A stretch of DNA of 64,000 nt from Amoebophrya sp. A120 (lineage: Eukaryota > Protista > Dinoflagellata), in contig CAJINV010000003.1 of assembly GCA_905178155.1 (NCBI GenBank), positions 7,398,601 through 7,462,600 of the forward strand, read 5' to 3'. Within the stretch, counting starts at the first letter, position 1. The number at the start of each line of letters is the position of its first letter. The notes under the pieces are model-generated. The model was not told the origin of the DNA, ran no database searches, and saw only the letters and a list, made by a program, of their open reading frames with translations. The position numbers and the translations under genes were made by a program. Shown piece after piece: positions 25,701 to 38,543 of this stretch.

Positions 25701-25852
25701 CGGGTTTGGACGGGCTTCGGGATTGCAGCCCCAAAAATCCAAGTGCATGCGAATTGTTTAGTTAGGCAGGGAAAAAACCGAATTGACAGGCTTCGCAAAG
25801 ATCCCCCGTGTACCAGCCAGACACAGAACGTGATCCGTATCCTGTTGATCAT
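22790..25852 (-). CDS. Hypothetical multi-exon membrane protein
   Basis: Minus-strand ORF pieces 25565-25852, 25187-25555 (two hydrophobic stretches), 24029-24319, 23635-23937, 22910-23182 that read as globular or transmembrane protein. Not assigned to a family. Confidence 0.5.
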
Positions 25853-27073
25853 ATAGCATTGTCATTCACGAGGACAAACACGTGAACATAATCCTTCATT
25901 CGTAGGTTCAAACAAAACTTCTTGCTGCTGATTTTCATCTTCTTCATACGGGTTGTAAGCTGCAGCAGCCAGTGAGCATCGACCCTCTACATTTTCTGCA
26001 ACGTCTTATTCCGCTTGTGCCAATTATGCGCTAGTACTGCGAGCGCGTCCAGTACTTTATTATAGCATAGGAAGCAATGAGCTTGGAAACTAGCTTCAGT
26101 CCTGCGCTATGTAACGCTCACACCTAAGTCATTGCGAGAAAAAGCTACCGGTGCGAAGGTCAATGTGACAACGAAATCGGATCATACGTATCTTCAACTC
26201 GTTGTTTTCTTTCAGTCCATGCGACGATCACGATGCTGCCGGCACTGAATGCATAATGTTCAGTCATGGGTGTGGATAAAGATAAAAACCAAACGAAAAC
26301 CTCGGTAATGTTTTCAAGCTGGATACAGATACATCACTAAAAACCTTGCTGTGAGAAAGTGGGCGCTAAAAGATTTTTAATATGGAAATGCCCAGTAGAT
26401 ACAGAAACAATGACACATCCGAAAATCGGCAGAAAGCCACAAGCTGTGCTGTCAGGCGGAAACTGAAAAAAACGTCCCAGCAATGAATCATGGCAGGTAT
26501 TACTAATCGCACCGAAGTGGCTTTCTCATCATGAATATGATTGTATGCATCGCCGCGAAGGCGAACACACAGAATAATAAAAGCCCGGAAAAATTGTTTG
26601 TCAATTCTACGTTCGAAGTCGGAGTCGCTATGTATCTTCGTCGTTGTGGTCTCCACCAACTTACGTAATCATCTTCCTCGCAGAGAAGAGTCAGAGTGGG
26701 AAAGGCTGGGCAATTCGAACAGTTCAATTATGTGGTTAGAGTTTTTGGAGGTGGTACTTAATGATGTTGATGTACGCGGGTACTCGTGTGCTGCCTGTGG
26801 GGCCGTATTAGCACCACTGAACGACGTCGCACCCGAGTTACCTCCTACAACGCGTGCACCTGCATTCTGGGTGATTATTTCGCCAATGATGATGTACGTG
26901 ATAGCCGACTTGACCACCGCAATTCTCGAGATAGGGTCCACAAACAGGGGTGGATGAGCGCAGCTCACCATGTAGATGTCGAGATCAGGTAGGAAGAATG
27001 CACTGCAAATATTGATCTGGGTCTGGATGTCATGCTTCCTTTGGTTCACGCCAAAAACAAAATCTACTGCGCC

Positions 27074-30000
27074 TCACTTCAAGAATAAGCGTGTCTGAAA
27101 AACGATCTTCTGCAATCCTTCTATTCTATTTGTTTCTGCCACCAGGCCATTAAAATTGATTCCAACGTAGTTCATCTTCCTGTGTGATTTTGCATTGCCT
27201 CCTGCACGATAAGATAAGATCCACATCCAGACTTGTGATCTACAAGAATTTCCAGTGAATAGCTCTGCGGCATGCGCAAGGTCAGCTTCCTCGGCGTTCG
27301 CGTTCTCGTAGTCGCGCATTTCCACGTCATTCTCGTCGAAGTACTGTTGTAGGTTTCCCTGCATCACTGGCAAGCGCCCGTCCTCGCCATGTACAACCAG
27401 GTTTCCGAGCTTTCTTGGAACTACCACGTCGTCCTCTTCTGGCCCGACTTCGCAGAAAGCATCCTCATAGGCCGACGATGGCCGGTTTGTGTCGTTCGCC
27501 GCAGACACACAGGCCGACGTGGTCGCGCTTCCTGTACAGGACGGACCGGAAGAGGACGAGCTGCTGGATGATGTCCTTGACGTCCCGACCAGGTCGTTAT
27601 CCCTGTCGTCGCGGCCCGAAGTGCTGTTTGTTGTTGCACTAGCGTAGACATCACACTGGTCGTGGACAATTTTTGCGCGAGTTCTTCTACTCGGCGACGG
27701 CAAAGCAGCACGGCGCAGCCTGGGTAGAACTTGGTCACGAAAGAACAGCTGGGCGTCGCGGTAACCCTTTACCATGAACTCGCCGGGCACCCGCAGTCCC
27801 AAGCGGTCCTGTACCGGTCCCATAATCCTATCGCAGGCCTCTATCAGGCCCCAGGACCAACTGGCTCGATGGTTGTTTTTGCCGCGAAACAACAGCTTTA
27901 TTTTGAGGCACTTTGATCCTCCATCTTCGTGCACTTGCGTTTTCGTCCCCAGCGCTGCGCGCTTCTCGCTGCAGTAGAGATTGTTTCCGCTCCTTCCCCC
28001 GGGGTCGGATAAAAACGACTCACTCCAGTTGGAAACCACAGCGGAAGTCGCCAGAGCAGATTCCTCCGCGTTCGTAACAGCTGGTACAGCACATTCGCGG
28101 CTATGCTTCTGAGCATTTTTTCCAGGCGGCGCCATGTTCTCCCCGCTTTCGCCTGCATCGCGGAAGTACATCGAGGCAAAAAACTGCCGGAGCCCCGCTG
28201 AGAACCGGTCCTGCTCCCGCTCGCGCTCAGCAGCAGACCCTCCAGAAACATGATCTTCCTCTTCAAGGTCACAATTCTCATCTTTATGATTACGCATCAG
28301 GTCAGGGAACAGTCTTACCACGACTTCGGGTTGTTCCTCTCCGACCTGGTCATCTGCGAGTCGCGGCTGCTCGTCTTGGTGCCAATAGCCAGTGTGCTCC
28401 ATTTGCAACAGTTCGGCATCCATGTCGCGCCAGGAGTCTCGCTGCAGAGCCCGCAGCCAGCCTAGCTCGAACAATTGGCGCACGACGTCGACGCTCTCGT
28501 CGCGGCCGTCGACGAGACTCGGGGCCGGCGAGCAGAAACGAGTTGCCAGGTGGTTTCTCTTCTCACATTGCTGCGCCTCCACTCTGTCACTCTCGAGCGT
28601 GCGCAGCACATTCGACAGTAGACTGCAGGCGGCGCCGTTCGTGTAACGATCATCGTCCCCAGTATCAACCGCAAATATGTCTGCGTCAGGAAGAATGCAA
28701 GGTTTGTCATGCGTAGTTTGCATCACGCATGAACTACATGATGCCTTCAATGCATGACCATGACCGAGCATCACAGATTTTTATAAAACTTCCTGATGCC
28801 TATTCCGCATGACAAAAAATGCCCTCCCCACGTAGCACACACTGGACTGCTCTTACTTGCTGCTCATGCAATCCAAATCTTTTTCCAACCCAATCACAGC
28901 ATCACAAGTTGCAACCTTCCAGACCCAGACATATTTGCATTTGATACCCAGGCCGCTCCTCCAACTCCGCGTCAGAGGTCCCCTCAGCGGGGTCCATCAG
29001 CGGGACGAGACCGGACCCGCAAGACGACCTCTGCGCAGGCCACGAGTTTTTCCACGACTGTGGCTCTCTCTTCTGTTGGCACTGTCGTAGAAAGACGGCG
29101 AACGCCGCATGCGGGTTCTTTATATGTCTTTGACTTTCATCTTTTGCAACGAGCTGCACATCACGGCGCTGGCCGTCGCAGTCCTCCTCGCCGTCGGCAG
29201 AGACGGTCGTGGGCGGCTCGGCCTGAACCCCCAGATCCCAGAGTGTGTGCAGTAACCACGGATCCCTAGCCACCAAGGGGAGCAGCAGTGGATACATCCG
29301 CAGATGAAAGGCACACTTCCCCGTTGTGTGCTCGTAGGCGGGACCACAAGGCGGAGCCCGCAATAAAGTAGACCAGCGCACCAGATCCCACGATCCGGAC
29401 GGCCGGACGACCGAAATTCTGGCCGCGGCATCAGCACTATCTTCCTGCTGCTCCTCCGCTGCCCTCGTGCTGGCGAGGAGAAACCGCGGGGGTCCGCTGC
29501 GACTGCGGACACGCGATTTTTGCAAACCTCCGGTGACGGCAGAGAATGAATCTTCTTCCCGATGCAGCAGTGGAGACTCGCGATTTCTCATTCCAATCAC
29601 CACCTCTTCAGAACGCTCGTCGTTTCCGCAACCACCGTCGAACCCAACTTCGAGAAAAGTGTTCTTCTGCGAAAGTGTGTAGCTTCCTACTTGCAGCTCT
29701 CGTTTCTTTTTACATAGTACTGCTCCACCTTGAGGTTGTAGAAGTTCACTGCGAGGATCGTAATATTGCCGCGTTTCAGCAGGCAGTTCGCTTGTGTGGT
29801 GTTCATCCTGCACCAGGGTCTGCAAAGTCAAAGAATCGCTTTTCAACACCGCGCTAGCTTCTGGTGGACCGGGGGCAACTACATGACTTACTATTTTTGA
29901 CGGAGAAGTACCACTACGGGACGGAGGGGCCGGTCGTTCCGAGTACGGTAGTGCTCCTCCTCCTGCCCGCTCATCTCTGAGAAAGTCAAAACGGGGACCC

Positions 30001-32114
30001 TTTTGATCATGTTCCGCACACTTTCGTTTCCCATTGGTTTTTCGCGCGACGACGACACCTCCGGGCGTTTCAACGCGAGCAGGGGACATTGAGTTCATCT
30101 CTCCTGCGCTTTCCGGAGCGCCTTCCGTGCGGCGTCCTCTTTTGACGTCTCCTACCCCAGCATTGCCACCCTCCTCGCCGACGACAAGAAATTCCGCCCG
30201 GAGGCGGGTGCTACGTTCCATGCTACACAGTGCCTCGGCGTAGAAGCCGTCGCCTGCCATTCTGTTTCGCAGGTACGAAAGGCGCCACTGAGCACCCCTG
30301 GCCTTCGGAAACAAACGAAAGATCGTCTTCGTTTCGTCTTTTCCGTCGGTGTGCTGGTTGCTCCGAGAAGTACGACCGCGCTTCTTCATCTTGCAGCTCC
30401 CCTGCTTAACATCAACTTCTCGCGCTGCAGAAGAAGTCGGTCCCGCCTGAAGAAGCAGTTCCTCATCGTATTCTTTCTTGGTCCTCGCCGTGGTCGAGAA
30501 GTTAGCAGTTCTTGCTTCCTCCACAAACAAAACCTTGTCAATTACCCCCGAAGTTGTATTTGTGCTGCTACAGGGCGTGTGCTGCGCTGAACAGTCTGCC
30601 GCAACCAGGTTGGTGCTGGTCGTGGCACGCCCGACTACATCTTCACGACCCTTCAAAGAACCATTTTTTCCATCTCCTCTGAATCTGGGGGAGGGCTGCT
30701 CGTCCACGCTTTGCGAAGTTGACAAGACGGAACCGGACTGGAAGTCGTGGTCCTCAGGCTTGTGGTCCAGTAGACGAAGAAGCTGCGGCGAATGCAAGTT
30801 CATCCTCACTAGGCGCTCAAACAACCTCAAGAGTGACAAAGAGTATGTGGTGGCGCGTGCTCCGTGGTTCGGGTTCTGCAGCGCGGAACGCACCTTGGGT
30901 AACTCCACCTCGGCCTCGATGCCCTCGACGACAAAACGCCGATCAAAAGCCCGACAAAAATTTTCCTTCCCGAGCGTCTTCTTCAGAGGTGGAGACGCTG
31001 CATCTTCATTCTGCCGTCGGGCTGCGGTAGAGCTTGCTGCGCTGCTGTCAGTCGAACTTGTTGTGCTTTCAGTACTTCTGCGACTGCCATCTCCGGGGTG
31101 CTCTCGCCCGAAGAAGTTCCAGGAAAGCCGGGCCAGCGGAATATCTGCCGACGTCGTAGCACAAGCCCTTGCTTGCTTCGGCGCATCATTTTTCTCACGG
31201 TCCTGCGGCAGCTGGTGACCACGCGTTCCGGTTGTAGTGGGAGTTCGCGTGAAAGCCATCCACTCTTGGAATAGATGAAGAAACGATGCCTGATCGACAT
31301 TTTTCCTTCTGCTAGACTCGTTGCAAATTTCCTCCGACGCAGTGGTACGATGACTCACACGAGGACCCTCCGTTTCGTAAGAAGTCACCGCACCGGTGTG
31401 ATGCGGTTGAGGCTCCTGACGGGGAAACTGTAACAATGTTCCACGTCGCAGCCGCACCGTAATTTTTGTGACATTCGATTCTCCTCCTGGTGCCGGACGA
31501 ACGTCTACTTCGCTAGCGATATTTTGATGATCCCCCTGAAGATGATCGCTGAATGAAGTAATTGCCTTCCGCATCCGATCACTAAGGGCCGCAAAGCTCG
31601 CCGCCGCAGCTCCGCCGGCGTTAGGCCCGCCCGCCGGTAGCCGCGATGCGCAGGAGATCAGCGCATCTCCGCCGTTCAACATAGTGACCATCAGGGCTGG
31701 AGCAGCGTTCAACATCTGCGGGGGCCCTCGTATCTTCGGCTCGTCCTGTTCATCGCGCTGCTCCCGTTCGTCCAGCAGCACTTTGGCTCGGAAGAATTCG
31801 AACCCTGACGTGAGGCGTGCCCGGTACTTCATCCGTAATCGCTGCGCCTGTGCAATGACCTCCACTCCTAGCTGCTCCGCAAGGCAGTGCATCTCTCCCA
31901 GCGAACAGCGCAGTGGGAGCCCCCGCAACAGAACCAGCGGCTCGCCAGGCCGGAGAGTAACGTCAACCACGGTGTCCCGTGCCATTTCGTTGCTGCAGTG
32001 CCGCGACGACCGCCGAGCAAAATTCTCGCCGCGTTGCGGCTGCTGCTGAGGGGAGGTTGACATAGAAGATCTAGATGTCGATTGCGCTGTCTCCGTCGCA
32101 ATGCTCGTCTTCAT
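27074..32114 (-). CDS. Large hypothetical low-complexity protein (~1580 aa) in two exons
   Basis: ORFs 28902-32114 and 27074-28774 fuse in frame (ELEERPG|DDDRYTNG) when 28663-28946 plus one CCCAG is removed. Contains QKNTFLEV, resembling the KNTF motif common in dinoflagellate hypothetical proteins. Confidence 0.75.
28663..28946. mobile_element. Family A introner, reverse orientation
   Basis: Family A TIRs; direct repeat CCCAG; internal sequence is reverse-complemented relative to 11821-12082. Confidence 0.93.
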
Positions 32115-33338
32115 CGCAGTAGATGTAGAGATTGAGTAGATTGATATATTCTTTAATCATTTAAATGCCATAACTAGAACTACCCCTAGCTTAATGTTAA
32201 TGCTTTTTTCCATATCTATTTGTCTTTCTACCATTTCTTGAATACTAGACGAAACAACGCTACTCCCCCGGCAGAAATAACGGACACTCACGTCCAACTC
32301 CAAGGAATTCCAACAACCTTGAGCTTGACTGGTGCATTATAGGGCCCCATTCTAATATCCTGGCCCACCCTTCGAATTTCTAGTGCAAAAAATTGAAATT
32401 GCGTCAGCTCGATCAGGAAAAATACTATCCCAAAGATTCAAATCACCGGCAGGATGGGAGCTCTAAAGCATTCGAGGAGTTGTACGTAGAATGCTTTGTG
32501 TTTTCCGGGCTCTTCAAAAAAAAGCTCCGACCTAATAATGGGCAGAAAATTGGTTTTCATCAAAATGTCGCTGGAAGAAGATTCTTCGACTGCGCTGCTC
32601 TAAGATATGATGGATCCTTTTGTACGTAGATCACATTTTTTGCGCCATGAATTACGTTTGCGCTTCTTCAGACTGTAACTGTATTTATCATATTTTATTG
32701 ATCATCGTTCCTTATCAGCCGAACCAAGAAACCGCGCGACTTATTTTTGTACATCCAGCACATTTAGAATTTTGATAAAGATCATCGAGCAGCGCCTTCG
32801 ATCGACGCATACTTCTTCTCTTCCTTTTTCGCGAGTTCGTCACTTCCGGAACGACTGGAACGCATTCGACTCGCAAAATGAGGCCAGAGAACGTCCCCCG
32901 GAGAGGGCGCGCCTCACTTGCTCACGTTCGCGCAAGGGCGCTTAGTTCTACATGAGTGACCAGGGCTTGCTCGACGGACTAGTCGGGTGCTGGGCAGGCG
33001 CTCCAGGGAAAGTCTTTTTTCATTTTTCTCTACTTCACTTACAGGAACAAAACACAACATTTCTTGTATCATCATTTGAGTTCTTCCACCTGCGTTTGGC
33101 TTAACGAAAATCAGCCAATATCACAGGGCTCCATGATCGGAAGATTTTAAGATTTTCGCAGAAAATAAGTAGTTTCTGTTTCAGATTCAGTTGCATCAAT
33201 ACAAACACAAAGTAAAGTGTAAAAAAAGAAGCTCGAAAAGAAAGCTACATCAACAACACAATAAAGTTATTTACAATCTTATCATGCTGGTATAGAGACT
33301 AACTACCTTGGCATAAAAGAATGCAAATCCAAATGTCA

Positions 33339-33507
33339 GTTCGGGTTTGAGTTTCAAGTTCGAGTTGGAGTTTCAAGCCCGAGCTTGAGTTCCAAGCTCG
33401 AGTTTGAGTTTCAAGCTCGAGTTTGATTTTCAAGTTCGAGCTTGAGTTTCAAGCGCGAGCTTGAGTTTCAAGCTCGAGCTTGAGTTTCAAGCTCGAGCTT
33501 GAGTTTC
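33339..33507. repeat. Tandem array, 19-bp unit GAGTTTCAAGCTCGAGCTT, about 9 copies
   Basis: Period 19; consecutive units form the 16-bp palindrome TCAAGCTCGAGCTTGA. Confidence 0.92.
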
Positions 33508-33508
33508 C

Positions 33509-33955
33509 AGCCAAAAGTCGTCCGACGGCCGTCCGACGGCCAAAAGTCGTCCGACGGCCGTCGGACAGCCAAAAGTCGTCGGACGGCCGTCGGACGGCCA
33601 CAAGTCGTCCGACGGCCGTTGGAGAGCCAAAAGTCGTCCGACGGCTCAGTAGAAGTCGTCCGACGGCCGTCGGACAACCGAAAGTCGTCCGAAGGCCGTC
33701 GGACAGCCGAAAGTCGTCCGGCGACCGTCGGACAGCCAAAAGTCGCCCGACTGCTCCAAAGTTGTCCGACGGCCGTCGGACAGCTGAAAGTCATCCGGCG
33801 GCCGTCGGACAGCCAAAAGGCGTCCGACTGGTCCGAAGTTGTCCGACAGCCGTCGGACAGCCAAAAGTCGTGCCCGACGGCCCAGAAGTTGCCCGACGGC
33901 CGTTGGACCGCCAAGAATAGTCCGGCGGGTCAGAAGTTGTCCGACGCCGTCGAGT
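33509..33955. repeat. Tandem array, 29-bp unit CCAAAAGTCGTCCGACGGCCGTCGGACAG, about 15 copies, decaying rightward
   Basis: Period 29 with some shortened units; each unit holds the 16-bp palindrome TCCGACGGCCGTCGGA. Confidence 0.92.
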
Positions 33956-33969
33956 CACGTCCATGCACC

Positions 33970-34160
33970 TTCGGGGCCGGGTTGACCAGATTGGGCGCGC
34001 CGAAGCCGGGGCGACCAGATCGGAAACCCCGGGGCCGGGTCGACCGATCTGGGCGCGCCGGAGCCGGGACGACCAGATTGGGCTCGCCGGAAATGGAGGG
34101 ACCGAGCTGGGCGCGCCGGAGCCACGACAACGAATCACACTGGGCGTGCCGGAGCTACGT
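33970..34160. repeat. Degenerate GC-rich tandem array (TGGGCGCGCCGGAGCC-like units)
   Basis: About 5 recurrences of TGGGC(G/T)(C/T)GCCG, several preceded by GACC(A)GA. Confidence 0.7.
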
Positions 34161-35501
34161 TGTTTTGCTTTTGGGGCCGGCGCTTTTTTCTTTTTGATTT
34201 GGATCAACATGCTGATGCTAACTGACATTTGCATTGCTTCTATCTAATGCCTACTTCCACGCGAAGCTGGCTTTGCTAGTGGAGATACATCAGTTACAGT
34301 TTTGCAGCATTTTGAAGTACCAGTCAATAACAAAGACTACTAGAGCTAATTTTAGATCGTGACTTCCTTGCATTTTGATTTTTTTATCGGCTTAAGAATT
34401 TTTGGGACGTGGAAAGAAGCAGAGATGCGAGTAGAACGAGAGAAGTTGTAGAGAGGAGAGAGAAGGAACGGAATTCCTCGAGCTGCGCGAAGCTTTCTTG
34501 TTTATTTTCTAGCGGTCTGCTGGTAGTGAACGTCTTCGCCATCGCCTGAAGCACCGGCCTAAAACTACATCCCGCTTGCCGACAGGGTGCAGATCGAAGC
34601 GAATCCATCGCGGAAACGCAAAGAAGTCTGGTTGCCGCTGCCGCGACCAGCGTCATGGTTCGAATCGGCAGTACCAAAATACTATATTCACGGCGGTAGG
34701 AGAGAAATGATGAGAATTCTAGAGCGAACCAGAAGCCGTAAGGTTTTAGGTAAACTCAAAAACTCACCGATGGAAAACTTCTCTGAATCTTTAAAACAGG
34801 ATGTATTATCAGCCCAATTAGCTAGATACGAATTGAGCCAAACTGGAAAAGATCAACATCTCTATTGTGCCGTGAAGTCGTGTGCTCTGCCGATTCGTTT
34901 TGGTTTCGCCTACAATAGAAAGCTTCTGCATAGCCTTAATTTAATTCCAGTCTTCAGCGATCTTCTATCTCGTACCATAACAAACTGGTATTAGGTAATA
35001 TTACTCTATTTATACTTTTTTAAGGCACGACATAGAGGCGCAACAAGAATAACGGCTTTATTCCCTCGCAATATAAGTGCAGGTAGCTGGCGTTCTCCAC
35101 CTTTTACGCGAATTCATATTCATTTGCCACGGCGCTCAGTCACAATTAATACTTATACAGTTACAGCTCAGTACCACCTCCCGAAATAATCCTGGAGCTA
35201 ATAATTTGAATAAGCGGGAGGAGAGGCAAACACCACAAACAACGAAGAACAAGAAACAATATCAAAACAACAAAATAGAGTATAGTAAATATCAACGACG
35301 GAAAGTCGATGAGTGCCTTATGATCGTGTCAGGTAGAGCGGCCTCTGGTAATTTTTAAAGAAGCCTTCGGTCGTAAACTTGGTCGCAAACCACCTTCGCC
35401 TCCGTTCGTCGCAGTGGTGATCAATAGGTAACCTTTCATCTCCAGAACGGCAAATGAACCAGTCTACTTCGCAGCGTGTAGTTATCAGATTCGCACCCGT
35501 C

Positions 35502-36820
35502 TCTTCCGCCCTGTTGGTACCTGATCCGTGATGTGATTTGGTAGCATTTGCTTTATCGTGGCGCGAACTCAGTCTCCTTCTCAAATCCCCGCAGCGCTGG
35601 CGCCCGACGGGCTCACAGCTTTCCGACGTATGTTTCACAAGGTCACGCACTTCAACATTGGTGGACTCCACCTCCAGTTCTGGTGTATATAAGTAAGTGC
35701 ATCAGCGCTGCTTCGCAGCGTGCGTCCTGTGCACAGATATAATATACAGTCGCGGGGCGCGCAGCAGGAACCGCGCCGCGACGTCGGCGCCACAGAGATG
35801 GCTGCGTGACGTCGCACTTGTCCGCCCACAGACGTGGGTCGGACCGTGCTCCAGCACTGCACAGAGAGGTCGCAGCGCCGGGCGCAGCAGAGGCTGCAAC
35901 AAGTGGGGGGTCCCGTGGCCAAGGCCCCCTTCCGAGGTTGCCGCCCTGTGGCTCATCCGCTAGGCGTATCCCGTCGGCTTTGTCGCGTTTCCAGTGTGGC
36001 TCGCCAGCTGTCCTGCCTCGTACAGTCCTCGCGCAGCGCTGCCGAGGACGTAGATCGGAGGCCGCTGTCGTATGCACCTAGGCCGCGCAGTTCCTAGCTA
36101 ATTCACGCACCACAGAGGTGGCCACAACTATGCTCGGCTGGTGTGGTGTCGAATCGTTTCCAAGGATAAACCCGTCATAATGAAAGAAGTTGCTCGCAAG
36201 CCAAGCGGGTCTGCGTAAGCAGACATCAACACGCAATGCGCACCCCGTTCACAGCCTCACGCCCTAGCTCCTTACTAGCCAGCCAGAGTGCGCACAGAGG
36301 TGCATCAACCAGCGAGGGTTCCGGCTAAACCGGCGGCACAGGCGCCGCCTCCCAGTACGGGATGGCAGCACGGAATGGCGCACCTCGGTGGACTTTCGTC
36401 AAGGTTTGAGTCGTACGACCCGCGCTCCGGCTGCCGCTGCCCAGGACGTGCCTGCGTTAGATCATAGCGGCCGGCGTCCTCAGCTTCGCCATGTCGGTGC
36501 GTGCCTTTAACGCGCGCGCGCGTGGCAATCGCGGGGGATTAGGCCCCTCCCCACCTGCTCTCGCTGGCCGTCCGCTTGCGCATCGGGCACGGGCAAACTC
36601 CGATGGTTATGCTTCGGAACCAACTCTGTGTACAAAAATGGGACCACAGAGGTGGTTAACCTATTCCGGCCCGCACGAGGTTCGCGCTGGTGCTGCGCGA
36701 CCTAGTCCCAATCTATGATACTTAGCCTCTGACGTGTCGAGTTCGTTTGGTAGATCGGGAATGAATTAGGTACTTGCTTACCTTGTGGGCGGCAGGAGCG
36801 CACGGCGCACGATTCTTCCT
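35502..36820. repeat. Diverged dispersed repeat, copy 1 (copy 2 at 46359-47305)
   Basis: Collinear shared blocks TCTTCCGCCCTGTTGGTACCTGATCC, GCTCCAGCACTGCACAGAGA, CGCTGGTGCTGCGCGACCTAGTC and CACGGCGCACGA; this copy has a longer middle. Confidence 0.85.
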
Positions 36821-36948
36821 GTAGGAGTACACAAGTCGCGCAATAGCAATATTACAACAGAGCTCCAACATAAATGCTTCCATTCCTCGGCTTCTCGTTG
36901 TCGTCCTTGTGCTCCTCGACGACAGAGATGTTGGTCGCGTTCAAATGT

Positions 36949-37460
36949 CTAGGATTGTTGAGCACCAATGGACGAGAGTTGCTGTTCTTTAATCTTCGCC
37001 GGTAAATCCTTCCGGGTGCCTAGTGGTAAGGGTTCGAATTTTTCATTTGTTCTCACATACCATTCCTGGGGGAGCTGGCGGGGCACCCCCTCACTGTCCA
37101 AGTCCTCCTCCTCGTTGCTGGAAGCATTCGTGATCACTTCGTAGGGGAAGAGCAGCTGACGCACTCCTCGCCTCGTGGCCCCGTTGCGCGTGATCACCAG
37201 GTACTCTTGCGTCTCTATTTCCCCTTTCTTGTTCTCCCGGTCGATGTACTCGCGGCGCAACGTGATCCGCGAACTGTCCCATGCGGGCCCGAAGGCCACC
37301 AGGTCGCTCTTCGCGTTTTTCTCGCTGTACTCGCTGACGCAGAGCGACCGGACGTCGTGTTCGACGCGGCGCGGCACCCTCCTCGATGTTGTCGCAGCTT
37401 CAACACCATGTTGCCCGCCTTGTAGTTGTAGTTCCTCGTCGCCGTACATTTGATCAAGAA
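36949..37460 (-). pseudogene. Possible degenerate retroelement integrase C-terminal fragment
   Basis: Frameshifted pieces YNYKAGNMVLKLR...FGPAW...YLVITRNGATRRGVRQLLFPY loosely recall the SH3-like tail of LTR-retrotransposon integrases; lies next to a dispersed repeat. No DDE core seen. Confidence 0.25.
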
Positions 37461-38543
37461 CCTCCCGAGCTGCCAGATCCTCCTCGTTCTCTCCGTCTTG
37501 TCCTCCGGCTGCTTGGGATAAATCCGAGCTTCCGCGCAGATTATAGTACTTCGACAGAGAGGAACTCGGACGGCTACTCGTGGGATCGCTGGTTGTTTCT
37601 TGCTGCTCTACTCCCGATGTTCCATCTCCCTCACGGGGAGCAGACGCAGAGGCACAGGCTCCCTGCGGTCGCGGAAGTGCCGGCGCTACAACTGAAAGAC
37701 CACGAGGAGGGGTAGGCGCGCGATTTTTGCTGCCTGAAGAAAGTAGTTTTTGGAAGTGGAGCTGCAGGGGCTTACATAACGGAATATCACTATCACATAG
37801 ATGAAACTACACAGGTGGACTAGGTCGTTAGAGCTCGCACAACCGTCGACACACGACTGAGCCGCACAGGACCCACCAGCGACCGCCCAGTATCAAACTT
37901 ACTAAGTAAGTGGCTTTGAAATTAAGGCGGAGAGGGATTTTGCGGCGGTTTTTCTTCTAGAGGGCCTCCGGTGCCCCGCTATACATATGCCCCTCCTCCT
38001 CTAGAGGGCCGGCCGGTACCCTCCAAAGGGTCCGCCACCCTGTCCGAGGGTTGGCCTGGATTCGATTTTCCCCCGGATCACCAAAATGAAAGGAACTGCA
38101 GAAGCCTGCGCGTAATCCATGTGGACACTTTTGGCCCACACACGTTGCTCCGCCCTGATGCTGGGCGTAGGCGGGTCCATGCCCGAGGACCACACATGCA
38201 CACCTTCTGATTGCCGGACATGAGTCCAATTTACCGTGCCAACCGCGAAAGGGCGCGTAGAAGTGAGCGCCCCGCTTGGCGGGGCCCTCTGGCTTTGGAT
38301 GATTTTAGGGCGGAGGCATAATTTCAATCCGGGAACAAATGAAAAAGGCGCGCATATTTCGGTGAACGCACCAAAAGGCGGGACTTTCGCGGGTGAGGCG
38401 TTTTTTGGGCGGAACTGTTTTCCAGCAGCCTCGGAACTGCGGAAGTTTTCGTGTCCGCCTGCCGCAGCGGCCCGAGTCAAATGCCTCCCCGCGCTTGGCT
38501 CTGAGAAGTGTGAAGGCTTTGGCCGGGTCACCTCCCGGTAACC

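Noticed and set aside
33339-33955. CRISPR array (29-bp palindromic repeats)
   Set aside because: Units are head-to-tail with no unique spacers, no cas genes are present, and the context is eukaryotic.
33449-34234. ORFs of up to 232 aa over the satellite
   Set aside because: They are translations of stop-poor tandem repeats in several frames on both strands.
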